Shown here one piece after another: positions 1 through 8,592 of a stretch of 27,395 nucleotides of DNA. Every line of letters starts with the position of its first letter. Position 1 is the first letter of the stretch. Source of the DNA: an uncultured Bacilli bacterium (GTDB lineage: Bacteria; Bacillota_I; Bacilli_A; RF39; UBA660); contig CANQQV010000020.1 in the NCBI GenBank assembly GCA_947626095.1, positions 1 through 27,395 on the forward strand, given 5' to 3'. Under the pieces are notes generated by a model. It did no database searches, was not told where the DNA came from, and was given only the letters and a program-made list of their open reading frames with translations. A program made the position numbers and the translations under genes.

Positions 1-836
1 TTATCTAAAGAATTTAAATATCTTTTTCCTTTTATATCATATCTTCCTATTTTATAAAAAGCAAAAGCATTACAAAAATAATCAATATATTTTTTTATAG
101 TTTTATCAGATATATAATCCTTTTGGGAATTAAGTTTTTTAGTAATATTCAATGTTGATGTAATATTAGAAATATTATCCATTAAAAAATTTCCTAGATT
201 ATTTAATATTTTTTCATTTCTTATATTATATTTTTCCTTAATATCTCTTATAATCAAAGTATTATAGACATCTTCAATATATTTATATTTATCATTTTGC
301 TCATTATAGACATAAGAACCTGGCATTCCACCATTTATAACATATTTATCAAAAGCTATATCAATATCATCATAGTTATAATATTTCATAAATTCCTTAA
401 AGGAAAATGGATAAATATCTATAGAAAAAGTTCTGCCAGTAAAAAGTGTTGCTAAATCACTACTCAATAAAAAGGCATTTGATCCAGTGATATAAATATC
501 ATATTTTTCCTCAGCGTGTAGCCAATTTATAACATTTTCAAAATTTTTACACATTTGGACTTCATCTATTAAAACAAAGTTATGCATTTTAGGAATATAA
601 TTATCAGCAACATAATCATATAATTTTTGATCATCTTTTAAAGAAGCAAATTTTTTTAAATTATAATTTATATGAATAATATTATAGTTATTAATATTTT
701 CTTCAATGTATTGCTTAAATGATTCTAAAAGTTTTGACTTACCAGAACGTCTTATACCTGTTATAACTTTTATCTCTGGGGTTCCAATTACATTAATCAA
801 TTTATTTAAATATCCTTCTCGTTTAATTAATTTCAT
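1..836 (-). CDS. AAA+ ATP-binding protein (AAA_14/DUF4143-type), runs off the window edge
   Basis: Not in the ORF track. Manual translation from ATG 836 gives MKLIKREGYLNKLINVIGTPEIKVITGIRRSGKSKLL (Walker A GIRRSGKS), then FVLIDEVQ (Walker B) and ITGSNAFLLSSDLATLFTGR. RBS AGGTGA. Confidence 0.9.
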   Translation of the reverse strand, partial: MKLIKREGYLNKLINVIGTPEIKVITGIRRSGKSKLLESFKQYIEENINNYNIIHINYNLKKFASLKDDQKLYDYVADNYIPKMHNFVLIDEVQMCKNFENVINWLHAEEKYDIYITGSNAFLLSSDLATLFTGRTFSIDIYPFSFKEFMKYYNYDDIDIAFDKYVINGGMPGSYVYNEQNDKYKYIEDVYNTLIIRDIKEKYNIRNEKILNNLGNFLMDNISNITSTLNITKKLNSQKDYISDKTIKKYIDYFCNAFAFYKIGRYDIKGKRYLNSLD

Positions 837-855
837 AAGTAAATCACCTATAAAT

Positions 856-905
856 ATTATATAACATATTCCGAAAAAATCAATTTTTTTGTAATTTTCG
901 GAATA
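856..905 (-). promoter_or_regulatory. Putative sigma-A promoter of the ATPase, overlapped by an 11-bp inverted repeat
   Basis: TTGATT (878-883), 16-bp spacer, TATAAT (856-861). Perfect inverted repeat TATTCCGAAAA (867-877) / TTTTCGGAATA (895-905). Confidence 0.55.
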
Positions 906-1030
906 GAAATTTTTGTTAATTTCATAAATTTGCTTTTATTTTCTTTAATAAAAAAATACCAACTTATCTTAAAATTGATACTTTTTATATTCAAATCTAA
1001 ACTTTTAATGTGTTTAGATAGTTTTCTTTC

Positions 1031-1104
1031 TGGTGCCGGATGACTGAATTGAACAGTCCTCTGATCATTACCATTGATCTGTTTTACCACTAGACTAAAC
1101 CGGC
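1031..1104 (-). tRNA. tRNA-Thr(GGU), CCA encoded
   Basis: Cloverleaf GCCGGTT-TA-GTCT AGTGGTA AAAC-A-GATCA ATGGTAA TGATC-AGAG-GACTG TTCAATT CAGTC-ATCCGGC-A-CCA. Anticodon GGT, G1-C72 and C2-G71 pairs. Extended -10 TGTTATAAT just upstream. Confidence 0.92.
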
Positions 1105-1141
1105 ATTACTTAACTTATTATAACATAAAAAAGCATATTTA

Positions 1142-1801
1142 CTATTTTAAATATGCTTCTTCATAAATAATTTTTTCACAAATATTATTTTTTTCGTTTA
1201 AAGTATAACCTTCATCACATTTAATAGTAACAGGTACGGTTTTTTCTATAATACATTTTTTACCTTTTAAAGTCCCTATTTCACAGCTATATTTAACACC
1301 TTGATATGATGTTTTACGACATTCACCATCTATTTGTTTTGAGCCATCAGGACAAGCCCAATCGACAGTAAAGTCGATTTTAGTTTCTTTAAATTCAGCA
1401 CAGCTACCATCTTCAGCTTCTTTAATACATATCTTTTCATAACAACTATTGTCTCTAACCTCAGTTGTACTTAACTCATCATCTTCAGCAATGTTTTTCG
1501 AAATACAATGTTTTTCGAAAGTTTGACCATATATTTTATCACTTATACATTTTCCGTCGCCTTGATGGTAACCTTTATTACAAATAAATTTTGGTTTAGC
1601 ATCAATACTCATTGAATTAACACATATATTTTTTTCTTCATCATATTCATAACTTAATGGACAGGTATTAATTATTTCTTTAGTAGTACGAATCATACAT
1701 TGTTCACCAGCTAGTTCACCACGTTCACAAACTAAAGTCTTACTACCACAAGATGTAAGAAATAAAATAGCAATTAAAATTACTAGTCTTCTTTTCTTCA
1801 T
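1142..1801 (-). CDS. Cys-rich lipoprotein
   Basis: Basic N-terminus, hydrophobic stretch, lipobox LTS-C. 16 further Cys, mostly in CxxG-x(5-9)-C units. RBS GAGGTGA. Confidence 0.8.
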   Translation of the reverse strand: MKKRRLVILIAILFLTSCGSKTLVCERGELAGEQCMIRTTKEIINTCPLSYEYDEEKNICVNSMSIDAKPKFICNKGYHQGDGKCISDKIYGQTFEKHCISKNIAEDDELSTTEVRDNSCYEKICIKEAEDGSCAEFKETKIDFTVDWACPDGSKQIDGECRKTSYQGVKYSCEIGTLKGKKCIIEKTVPVTIKCDEGYTLNEKNNICEKIIYEEAYLK

Positions 1802-1842
1802 CTTATCACCTCTACTATAATAATTATAGCTTAAATGAGCGT

Positions 1843-1867
1843 AAAAAAAAACTACTTAAAAAGTAGT
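1843..1867 (-). terminator. Intrinsic terminator after rpmF
   Basis: ACTACTT-TTT-AAGTAGT hairpin followed by a T8 run on the minus strand. Confidence 0.7.
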
Positions 1868-1875
1868 ATTGTAAA

Positions 1876-2070
1876 CTATTCTTCAGTAGCGTCTTCTTGC
1901 ATTGCGATTACTTCTTTACCTTTATAGTAACCACATTTCATACATGCACGATGAGGTTGGATAGTTGCTCCACATTTAGGACATTTAGTTAAAGTTCCAA
2001 CTTCTTTTTTTAAGTGAGTACGACGCATTCTTTTTTTAGTTTTACTTGTTCTTCTAAAAGGAACTGCCAT
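1876..2070 (-). CDS. rpmF: 50S ribosomal protein L32
   Basis: [19 protein letters not shown]...CPKC...[13 protein letters not shown] (Zn-ribbon form). Start moved to ATG 2070 behind RBS AAGGAGTG. Confidence 0.98.
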   Translation of the reverse strand: MAVPFRRTSKTKKRMRRTHLKKEVGTLTKCPKCGATIQPHRACMKCGYYKGKEVIAMQEDATEE

Positions 2071-2074
2071 GATA

Positions 2075-2554
2075 TCACTCCTTCCCTTCTTTATCAAGTA
2101 GCTCTAACAAAGGAGCTAATCTTGGATCTACCTTTTTATTTTCTTCATCTACTAGTTCCCAACCTTCACCTGACATTTGATATTTCTTATCAGGGTTAGC
2201 ACGAAAGCTAATTGGAACCTCTAGTACAATATTTTGCCATAAAATATCCATAATATCAAGTGTTTTTAGCTCATTTTTGTTGATTTCTTGAGCATTTTCG
2301 CTTAATACTTCTGATATTTCAAAACTAAATGGATACTCAACGGGTTCTAAATCCATTGCATCTAATAGGATCATCTTACCTTCAACATGACAATCAAAGA
2401 CAATTTCGTTAGTTACACTATAGTAAGCACGACCTTTAACTTTGACATTATCTAGTTTTTGGATTGATGTCTTTTTTAGATATTCATCACCAAAAGATAC
2501 GACATCATCAATAACTACACCTTTTTCATCTACTTTAGCTAAATCAATATACAT
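2075..2554 (-). CDS. yceD: YceD/DUF177 family protein (YlbN-like)
   Basis: [16 protein letters not shown] and C-terminal DPRLAPL motifs. Conserved position upstream of rpmF. Confidence 0.9.
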   Translation of the reverse strand: MYIDLAKVDEKGVVIDDVVSFGDEYLKKTSIQKLDNVKVKGRAYYSVTNEIVFDCHVEGKMILLDAMDLEPVEYPFSFEISEVLSENAQEINKNELKTLDIMDILWQNIVLEVPISFRANPDKKYQMSGEGWELVDEENKKVDPRLAPLLELLDKEGKE

Positions 2555-2644
2555 ATCTTCACCCACTAGCTAGTACATTATACCAACTTTTCTTGAATAA
2601 TACAACTTAATATAATAAAATTAGTTTATAAAGAAGGGCTTTAA

Positions 2645-3766
2645 ATGAAGGTAATTGGTGTTATTGCAGAATATAATCCATTTCATAATGGACATTTATA
2701 TCATTTAAATAAGATTAAAGAGAAATATCCTGATTCTTTAGTTATCTTAGTATTAAATGGGTATTTTACACAAAGAGGAAGTATTTCTATTCTATCTAAG
2801 GAAGATAAAGTTAAAATTGCTTTAGCTAATAATTGTGATATTGTTATTGAACTACCTTTTATTTATGGAACACAATCAGCTGATATTTTTGCATATACAA
2901 GTATTAAACTATTAAATGAATTAAAAGTGGAAAAAATTGTTTTTGGTAGTGAATCTAATAATATTGATTTACTTAATAAAGTTGTAGATATAGAACTTAA
3001 TGATCCAGAGTATGAAGAAAATGTTAAAAAGTATTTAGATGAAGGACTTAATTATCCTACAGCAATGAAGAAAGCGTTAAATATTGAAGAAGATGTTAAT
3101 AAACCAAATGATTTACTAGGTATTTCATACATTAAAGCTATTAGAAAGATTAATGCTAATATAAAAGCAGAAACGATTCAAAGGACTAGTGATTATCATG
3201 ATACTTTAGCTAATGACTTTGTAATAAGTGCTACTAATATAAGGGAAAAGTTAAGAAATGGGGAAATAATCGATAAGTATTTACCAAATGAGGTTTTACC
3301 TTATATCCATAATGTATCTAATGATAACTTATTTAATTTATTAAAGTTTAAAATATTAACTGATCAAGACTTAAGTATTTATTTAGATGTTGATGAAGGG
3401 ATTGAATATCGCTTACTTAAATATATAAATGAATCACATAGTTTTGATGAATTAATTAGTAATGTTAAAACTAAAAGATATACTTATAATAAAATTAATC
3501 GAATGCTTATACATATATTAATCGGTTTAACTAAAGAAGATAATAAGAAGACAATTTTAGATTATCTTAAAATACTAGGCTTTAATAAAAAAGGACAAGA
3601 ATATTTAAATAAAATTAAAAAAGATATTTCTTTATCTTTAACGCCTAATAAAGATTCTAATGTTTATAAATATGAATTAAAAGCTGCTTATTTATTTGAA
3701 CAAGCGACTAAACAAGATTTAAATAATTTCGATAATAAAAATATTCCAATGCAAAAGGACTCATAA
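2645..3766 (+). CDS. tmcAL: tRNA(Met) cytidine acetate ligase (HIGH nucleotidyltransferase, YlbM)
   Basis: GVIAEYNPFHNGHLYH, FTQRG, LVFGSES-like, PNDLLGISY, SATNIR and KTKRYTY motifs. Divergent from yceD-rpmF as in Bacillus. Confidence 0.93.
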   Translation: MKVIGVIAEYNPFHNGHLYHLNKIKEKYPDSLVILVLNGYFTQRGSISILSKEDKVKIALANNCDIVIELPFIYGTQSADIFAYTSIKLLNELKVEKIVFGSESNNIDLLNKVVDIELNDPEYEENVKKYLDEGLNYPTAMKKALNIEEDVNKPNDLLGISYIKAIRKINANIKAETIQRTSDYHDTLANDFVISATNIREKLRNGEIIDKYLPNEVLPYIHNVSNDNLFNLLKFKILTDQDLSIYLDVDEGIEYRLLKYINESHSFDELISNVKTKRYTYNKINRMLIHILIGLTKEDNKKTILDYLKILGFNKKGQEYLNKIKKDISLSLTPNKDSNVYKYELKAAYLFEQATKQDLNNFDNKNIPMQKDS

Positions 3767-3780
3767 GAGTCCTATTTTTT
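3752..3780. terminator. Bidirectional terminator between convergent genes
   Basis: AAAAGGACTC-ATAA-GAGTCCT-ATTTTTT. Confidence 0.7.
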
Positions 3781-4056
3781 ATAACCTTTTTTAGCTAAAA
3801 ACTTATAAAAGTTTTGATTAGATAAAGATAAGAAATATAAAGATATTCCGGTTCCAATTAAAGATGTTATAAAGATTATGGCGCCAGTATATGGGGCGAA
3901 GAAAATCAAGATAAGACCAATTAAGGAACAGATACCTAAGATAGTATATAAAATAAATAAGTGAATGGAATACTTGTATTCTTGAGAACATTTATTTTTA
4001 TATTCTCTTCTTATATCATTTTGTTTTTTACTATCTAATGCTCTAAATGATTTCAT
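3772..4056 (-). CDS. Small two-TM membrane protein, unknown function
   Basis: 94-aa ORF with two hydrophobic segments, starting 2 nt after the stop of the MIF-like gene. Confidence 0.7.
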   Translation of the reverse strand: MKSFRALDSKKQNDIRREYKNKCSQEYKYSIHLFILYTILGICSLIGLILIFFAPYTGAIIFITSLIGTGISLYFLSLSNQNFYKFLAKKGYKK

Positions 4057-4058
4057 TA

Positions 4059-4400
4059 TTAAAAATTACTCCCATTCCAACCCCAGTTAGCATATTCTTG
4101 ATAACTAACATAAATATTACTTGGACTTATTTCTAATTCAGTATTAATTAAATTAGTTATTTCACTAGTCATTTTATTATAAGCTTCTTTACTAGCATTT
4201 CCATATAAATTAACGGCTATATAAGCGATACCTTCATTGTTGTTACCTTTAAAGTATAATTGACAATTATCTTTAAATTCAACCATTAACCAACTTTCAC
4301 TTTTATTTAGAATGCTAATAGCTTCACCTAATCTTTCTTTGATTTTTAATTCTTTTTCTTTAGTAATTTCTTTATTTGTTTTAACTACGATATATGGCAT
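4059..4400 (-). CDS. MIF/phenylpyruvate tautomerase-family protein
   Basis: N-terminal (M)P catalytic Pro, 113 aa, KSESWLMV, C-terminal NWGWNGSNF signature. RBS AGGAGTG. Confidence 0.9.
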   Translation of the reverse strand: MPYIVVKTNKEITKEKELKIKERLGEAISILNKSESWLMVEFKDNCQLYFKGNNNEGIAYIAVNLYGNASKEAYNKMTSEITNLINTELEISPSNIYVSYQEYANWGWNGSNF

Positions 4401-4459
4401 TTTATCACTCCTATTATATTTATTATTTTAGCAAAAAAAAGATAGTTTTAAAACTACCT

Positions 4460-5599
4460 TTATAATTTTAATCTTTTAATCATACTAGTATCAATGTCAG
4501 CGATTCTTTCTGGACATAATTCTATTTCTAAGTTTTTTTCGCCTTCATACATATATTTTTTAGTTTCTCTAACGATATGAATCGTTCCATCAGCAATTAA
4601 TGGTTGTAACATCGTTTCATAAACATCTTTATTTTTCTTTTTATCATTTAAACGATTATAAAAACAAGTATAATCGATAACAGTTTTACTACCATTCATC
4701 GAAAGAAGATATTCAACTGTTTGATAATCAACAGCACCCCATTCTCGAGCTGATAAGCCATGTAAATAATGCATCATATATTCTTTTTCTAATTCTGTTT
4801 TAACAGCTATTAACATATATTCTAAAAATTTAGTAAGTTCGTGATAACCTTTAGCTTCTTTAATTAATTTATCATAATGAGGTGCAAAGTTAATAGCACG
4901 GTTAAAGATAATATATGGATAGATATGTCGATTAAGTAAATACCACATAGCAACCGTTCGGCTAGTTCTTCCATTTATATCAAAGTATGGATGAATATAA
5001 ACAAAGTAGAAATGCATTATTTGAGATTTAATAAAATACTCAGTTTCATTGTTAAATCTTTCACCATTATTAACATATTCAAAGAATGAATCCATAAATT
5101 TAGGAACTTCTTCAAATGGTAAACCTTCATCAATAGTATCATCTAAACGACCATTTTGTAAGATATAAACTGGAGCTTCACGATACTTTTCACCCATTCT
5201 TCTGCGATCTTCAAAGCTTAATAATTTGTCACTTAAGATTTTATAAAGTTCAGCAACTGTTTCACTGTTGATACTCTTACCTTTTAAAATATATTGGTAA
5301 CCATGGTATAAATTAATGATACGGTGTGTTAATTCACTATTAGATGTTCTTTTAGCATCTTCGATAACTTGTTCTATTGTCGCTAACGAATCATTAATAC
5401 CTTCAACATTATTATTAGCTTTTAATTCGTGATTAAACATTACTTTTCGTGAAAAGCTTCGCGTATTCATAAATTCTTGTTGTTCTAAGAATTCTTCTAG
5501 TTCTCTAACTAAACTATCTAAATATTCACGATTGTATTTAAACAATCTCCCTGAAGCTGATTTTAAAGGTAGTGTTCCTTCTTTAAGATTAAGTTGCAT
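4460..5599 (-). CDS. Fic-domain protein
   Basis: Variant Fic motif HPYFDINGRTSR and N-terminal NNNVEG resembling the (S/T)xxxE(G/N) inhibitory motif. Start moved to ATG 5599 behind AGGGGTGA. Confidence 0.9.
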   Translation of the reverse strand: MQLNLKEGTLPLKSASGRLFKYNREYLDSLVRELEEFLEQQEFMNTRSFSRKVMFNHELKANNNVEGINDSLATIEQVIEDAKRTSNSELTHRIINLYHGYQYILKGKSINSETVAELYKILSDKLLSFEDRRRMGEKYREAPVYILQNGRLDDTIDEGLPFEEVPKFMDSFFEYVNNGERFNNETEYFIKSQIMHFYFVYIHPYFDINGRTSRTVAMWYLLNRHIYPYIIFNRAINFAPHYDKLIKEAKGYHELTKFLEYMLIAVKTELEKEYMMHYLHGLSAREWGAVDYQTVEYLLSMNGSKTVIDYTCFYNRLNDKKKNKDVYETMLQPLIADGTIHIVRETKKYMYEGEKNLEIELCPERIADIDTSMIKRLKL

Positions 5600-5637
5600 A
5601 TAATTCACCCCTAATTAATAGGTCATATTATATACAT

Positions 5638-5666
5638 AAAAAAAGAAATATTCAAATATTTCTTTT
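5638..5666 (-). terminator. AT-rich terminator hairpin after the paralog pair
   Basis: AAAAGAAATATT-(2 nt)-AATATTTCTTTT followed by extra T on the minus strand. Confidence 0.55.
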
Positions 5667-5670
5667 CGAT

Positions 5671-6279
5671 TTAGATATTTCCTTCTTCTATATAATTGTC
5701 ATTTTCTTTGAGATTAGCACATTTATTAACTATACTACAACTACCAACTAATTCTTTAGCGGCGATGGAGATGTTTCTACCACGACGATTACTTTGTTCT
5801 TTTAATCTATCTTCACCTGATCTAATCATGGTAATAACTCCACCTTTTTCATAATCATAAGCGATTTTCATATATTCATCATAATCAATCAATACTACTC
5901 CAGTATTATCAACTGCATCATAATAATTAAAATAAGGGCTTAAAGTTTTGTTATAAAGCATAAACTTTGTATCTTTACTAAAATATTCATAAAAATGAGT
6001 TAAGACAATATTTAAATCAATCCAATTTTCATCAAGATAATTAGTTTTCCAATAATCACCTGATGATATAAAATCGTATATCTCATCTAAAGTATATGGC
6101 GATTCTTTTAAATCCTCTTGGTTTTGATAATTATTGTTAGAATTTGCTTTTTCATTATTAGCCAAAACATTTACAGCAATTGATGAAACAATACTGAATG
6201 ATATCCCTAATAATAAAACTATTAATAAAGAAATAACTGCTTTTTTCATCGTTAATCTACTATTTTTTAACTTGTTCAT
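5671..6279 (-). CDS. Exported/membrane-anchored hypothetical protein, paralog 3 of 3
   Basis: N-terminal hydrophobic helix. Shared motifs YTLDEIYDFISSG, HFYEYFSKDTKFM, DYDEYMKI and Cx5C. Start overlaps the upstream stop (TAATG). Confidence 0.8.
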   Translation of the reverse strand: MNKLKNSRLTMKKAVISLLIVLLLGISFSIVSSIAVNVLANNEKANSNNNYQNQEDLKESPYTLDEIYDFISSGDYWKTNYLDENWIDLNIVLTHFYEYFSKDTKFMLYNKTLSPYFNYYDAVDNTGVVLIDYDEYMKIAYDYEKGGVITMIRSGEDRLKEQSNRRGRNISIAAKELVGSCSIVNKCANLKENDNYIEEGNI

Positions 6280-6902
6280 TAAACATTTTCTTCTTTCTCA
6301 TAATCTACATTTTCTTCGGGATTAGCACACCTATTAATTTCATTACACGCTCCTAAAACATCATGGGCAGCATTATTAACTTCATGTTCTCGATACTTCG
6401 GTAAAGGATATTGTGATACTTCTGTAAGATAAATACCGGTAGCGGCATCCCCTTTACCTTTCGTAATTTTCATGTATTCATCATAATCTATCATTATGGT
6501 ATGAATATCACTAGGATCAACATTTTCATATTCACCAAAGATATATCTCATTCTTTTATCATAAATCATAAACTTTGTATCTTTAGTAAAATAGTCATAA
6601 AAATTAATTATCACGTTATTATAGTCATACCATTCACGGCAATTTTCTGTAAAATAAGAAACTTTAAAATAAGTACCTGAAGATATAAAATCATATATCT
6701 CATCTAAAGTATAAGGCGATTTTTTAAGTTCTTCTGTTTCAATTTTATTTGGTTTAAGTTCTTCTTTATCATTTTCGGCAAAAACATTTATAACTAATGA
6801 TGAACCAAGACTAATTGATATTCCTAATAATAAGACAACAAATAATGAGACAACTACTTCTTTCATCTTTAATCTACTACTCTTTATCTTTTTCTTTATC
6901 AT
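6279..6902 (-). CDS. Exported/membrane-anchored hypothetical protein, paralog 2 of 3
   Basis: Same motif set as 5671-6279 and 8065-8571. Strong RBS AGAAAGGAG. Confidence 0.8.
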   Translation of the reverse strand: MIKKKIKSSRLKMKEVVVSLFVVLLLGISISLGSSLVINVFAENDKEELKPNKIETEELKKSPYTLDEIYDFISSGTYFKVSYFTENCREWYDYNNVIINFYDYFTKDTKFMIYDKRMRYIFGEYENVDPSDIHTIMIDYDEYMKITKGKGDAATGIYLTEVSQYPLPKYREHEVNNAAHDVLGACNEINRCANPEENVDYEKEENV

Positions 6903-6924
6903 ATTCTACTCCTTTCTTAAACCA

Positions 6925-7000
6925 AATATATTATTTAATATTTAAGTTAGCAACCTAGTTTAACTAGAGTTTTAGATTAATTAAATTCCAGTTTAACTAG
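6925..7000 (-). promoter_or_regulatory. Promoter with two palindromic operator boxes
   Basis: -35 TTGCTA (6948-6953), 17 bp, -10 TATATT (6925-6930). Boxes CTAGTTTAACTAG (6955-6967) and CCAGTTTAACTAG (6988-7000). Confidence 0.7.
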
Positions 7001-7005
7001 AATAA

Positions 7006-8037
7006 TTATTTTAACAAATTATATTCGTTAAAAAAGCTTTCTATAAGTTCTTTATTATTATTACATTTACCGATTAAACAAGATACTTTTTCGTTTTGAT
7101 AAGTAAAACCTTCTACTACAACACTATGGTATTCTACTTCATAATGCAAAATATCTTTATCTATTTGATAAACAGCGTTATATTTCATTTCATTTTCTTC
7201 TAAAGTATAAGAATATATCTTGTCAACGACGTTATATGCTAAAGTTAAATTATCTTTATTCTTAACATATGTATTATTATCACTTCTTACATATCCATTA
7301 TTATTAAGTAAAGTAATTATTCTATCAGAAACCATATTAGTTTTTAGTTTATTATTATTTATATAATATAATTTGTTATTAGAACTTTTTTCTTTAACTA
7401 TTAAATTAATATTATCTATTACTTCGCCATTTTCACTATAATGTTCTATTTCTAAATATAATTTATCTAAGTTATTTAAAATATCTTTGTTAAAGTATTC
7501 TAAATTATTTAAATTTTCTTCTATTTTGATCGATTTATAATTATTCTTAGTGGCAATAATATATTTCTTACTGCCATTTAAATAATATAGTGTAACTTTA
7601 TAATCATGATCTCCTTCTATATCATTTAAACTGAAAATTAATTCATTATTATCTATCATTAAATAGCTATCATTTATTACATATTTTTTATTGTCTAAAC
7701 TTATTGTATAAAATTTAAATTTATTATAATTATTTATAAAGTATGTAAGTAAGAATGCTATTAATAAAGTTAAGATTATCATTAAAATATAAAACATTAT
7801 TTTAATTATTTTATTATAATCTTTTTGTTTTTTATCAACTATTAAATTGATTAAATCAATATCTAAGTATTTAGATATATCTTTTATATAAGTTAAGTCA
7901 GGATAGTTTTTACCTGTTTCCCAATTAGAGATAGCTTTATCAGAAACCATTAATAGTTTAGCTAGTTCTTGTTGGGTTAGTTTTTTCTTCTTACGAGCAG
8001 CAGCAATTAGTTTACCAATATCTTCTTTTTCTTTCAT
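7006..8037 (-). CDS. Membrane-anchored XRE-family HTH regulator with a large C-terminal extracytoplasmic domain
   Basis: LTQQELAKLLMVSDKAISNWETGKNYPD (HTH_3), one TM helix (IMFYILMIILTLLIAFLLTYFI), ~240-aa C-terminal domain. Confidence 0.9.
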   Translation of the reverse strand: MKEKEDIGKLIAAARKKKKLTQQELAKLLMVSDKAISNWETGKNYPDLTYIKDISKYLDIDLINLIVDKKQKDYNKIIKIMFYILMIILTLLIAFLLTYFINNYNKFKFYTISLDNKKYVINDSYLMIDNNELIFSLNDIEGDHDYKVTLYYLNGSKKYIIATKNNYKSIKIEENLNNLEYFNKDILNNLDKLYLEIEHYSENGEVIDNINLIVKEKSSNNKLYYINNNKLKTNMVSDRIITLLNNNGYVRSDNNTYVKNKDNLTLAYNVVDKIYSYTLEENEMKYNAVYQIDKDILHYEVEYHSVVVEGFTYQNEKVSCLIGKCNNNKELIESFFNEYNLLK

Positions 8038-8064
8038 CAAAACCATTCCTTCAATAATCGTTTA

Positions 8065-8571
8065 TTATATACATTTATTTATGACATCGCAACTACTCAA
8101 AACTTCTCTAGCTGCTATATCAATCATTAATCCCTTATACTCTTCGCGCTTTTTATCATTTAACCAATTTTCACCAACTTTAATATCATAATTAGCACTA
8201 CTTTTATCACTTGTAATAATCTTCATATATTCATCATAAGTAATCATAACCGTTCCAATATTTTCTAATTCTTCATCATTTTCAAATGGCTTTATTGATT
8301 TGTTATAAATCATAAACTTTGTATCTTTATTAAAGTAATCATAAAAATGGGTTAAAACATAATTAAATTCTATCCACTCTTCACTATAAGTATCATCACT
8401 TTTATAGTAAGCTCCTGTCGAAATAAGTTCATATATTTCATCTAAATTATGTGATGTTTCTTTAAGCTCTTTTTTATTGTTAGTTTTAGCTTGACTAGTA
8501 TTAAAACATAATAGAACTAAACCTAAAAGTAATACAATACTTATTGATATTATAACTATCTTTTTCTTCAT
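8065..8571 (-). CDS. Secreted hypothetical protein, paralog 1 of 3
   Basis: Signal peptide ending SQA. Motifs LDEIYELISTG, HFYDYFNKDTKFM, TYDEYMKI and CDVINKC. RBS AAGAGGTG before ATG 8571. Confidence 0.8.
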   Translation of the reverse strand: MKKKIVIISISIVLLLGLVLLCFNTSQAKTNNKKELKETSHNLDEIYELISTGAYYKSDDTYSEEWIEFNYVLTHFYDYFNKDTKFMIYNKSIKPFENDEELENIGTVMITYDEYMKIITSDKSSANYDIKVGENWLNDKKREEYKGLMIDIAAREVLSSCDVINKCI

Positions 8572-8592
8572 AATTTGCACCTCTTAAAAATT

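Noticed and set aside
857-1090. 77-aa ORF in the track
   Set aside because: Overlaps the tRNA-Thr gene and the ATPase promoter, has no RBS and no recognisable motif.
6800-6902. N-terminus SRLKMKEVVVSL resembles a type IV prepilin leader (GFTxxE)
   Set aside because: The essential Gly at -1 and Phe at +1 are absent, the sister paralog lacks the +5 Glu, and no pilus or competence genes are adjacent.
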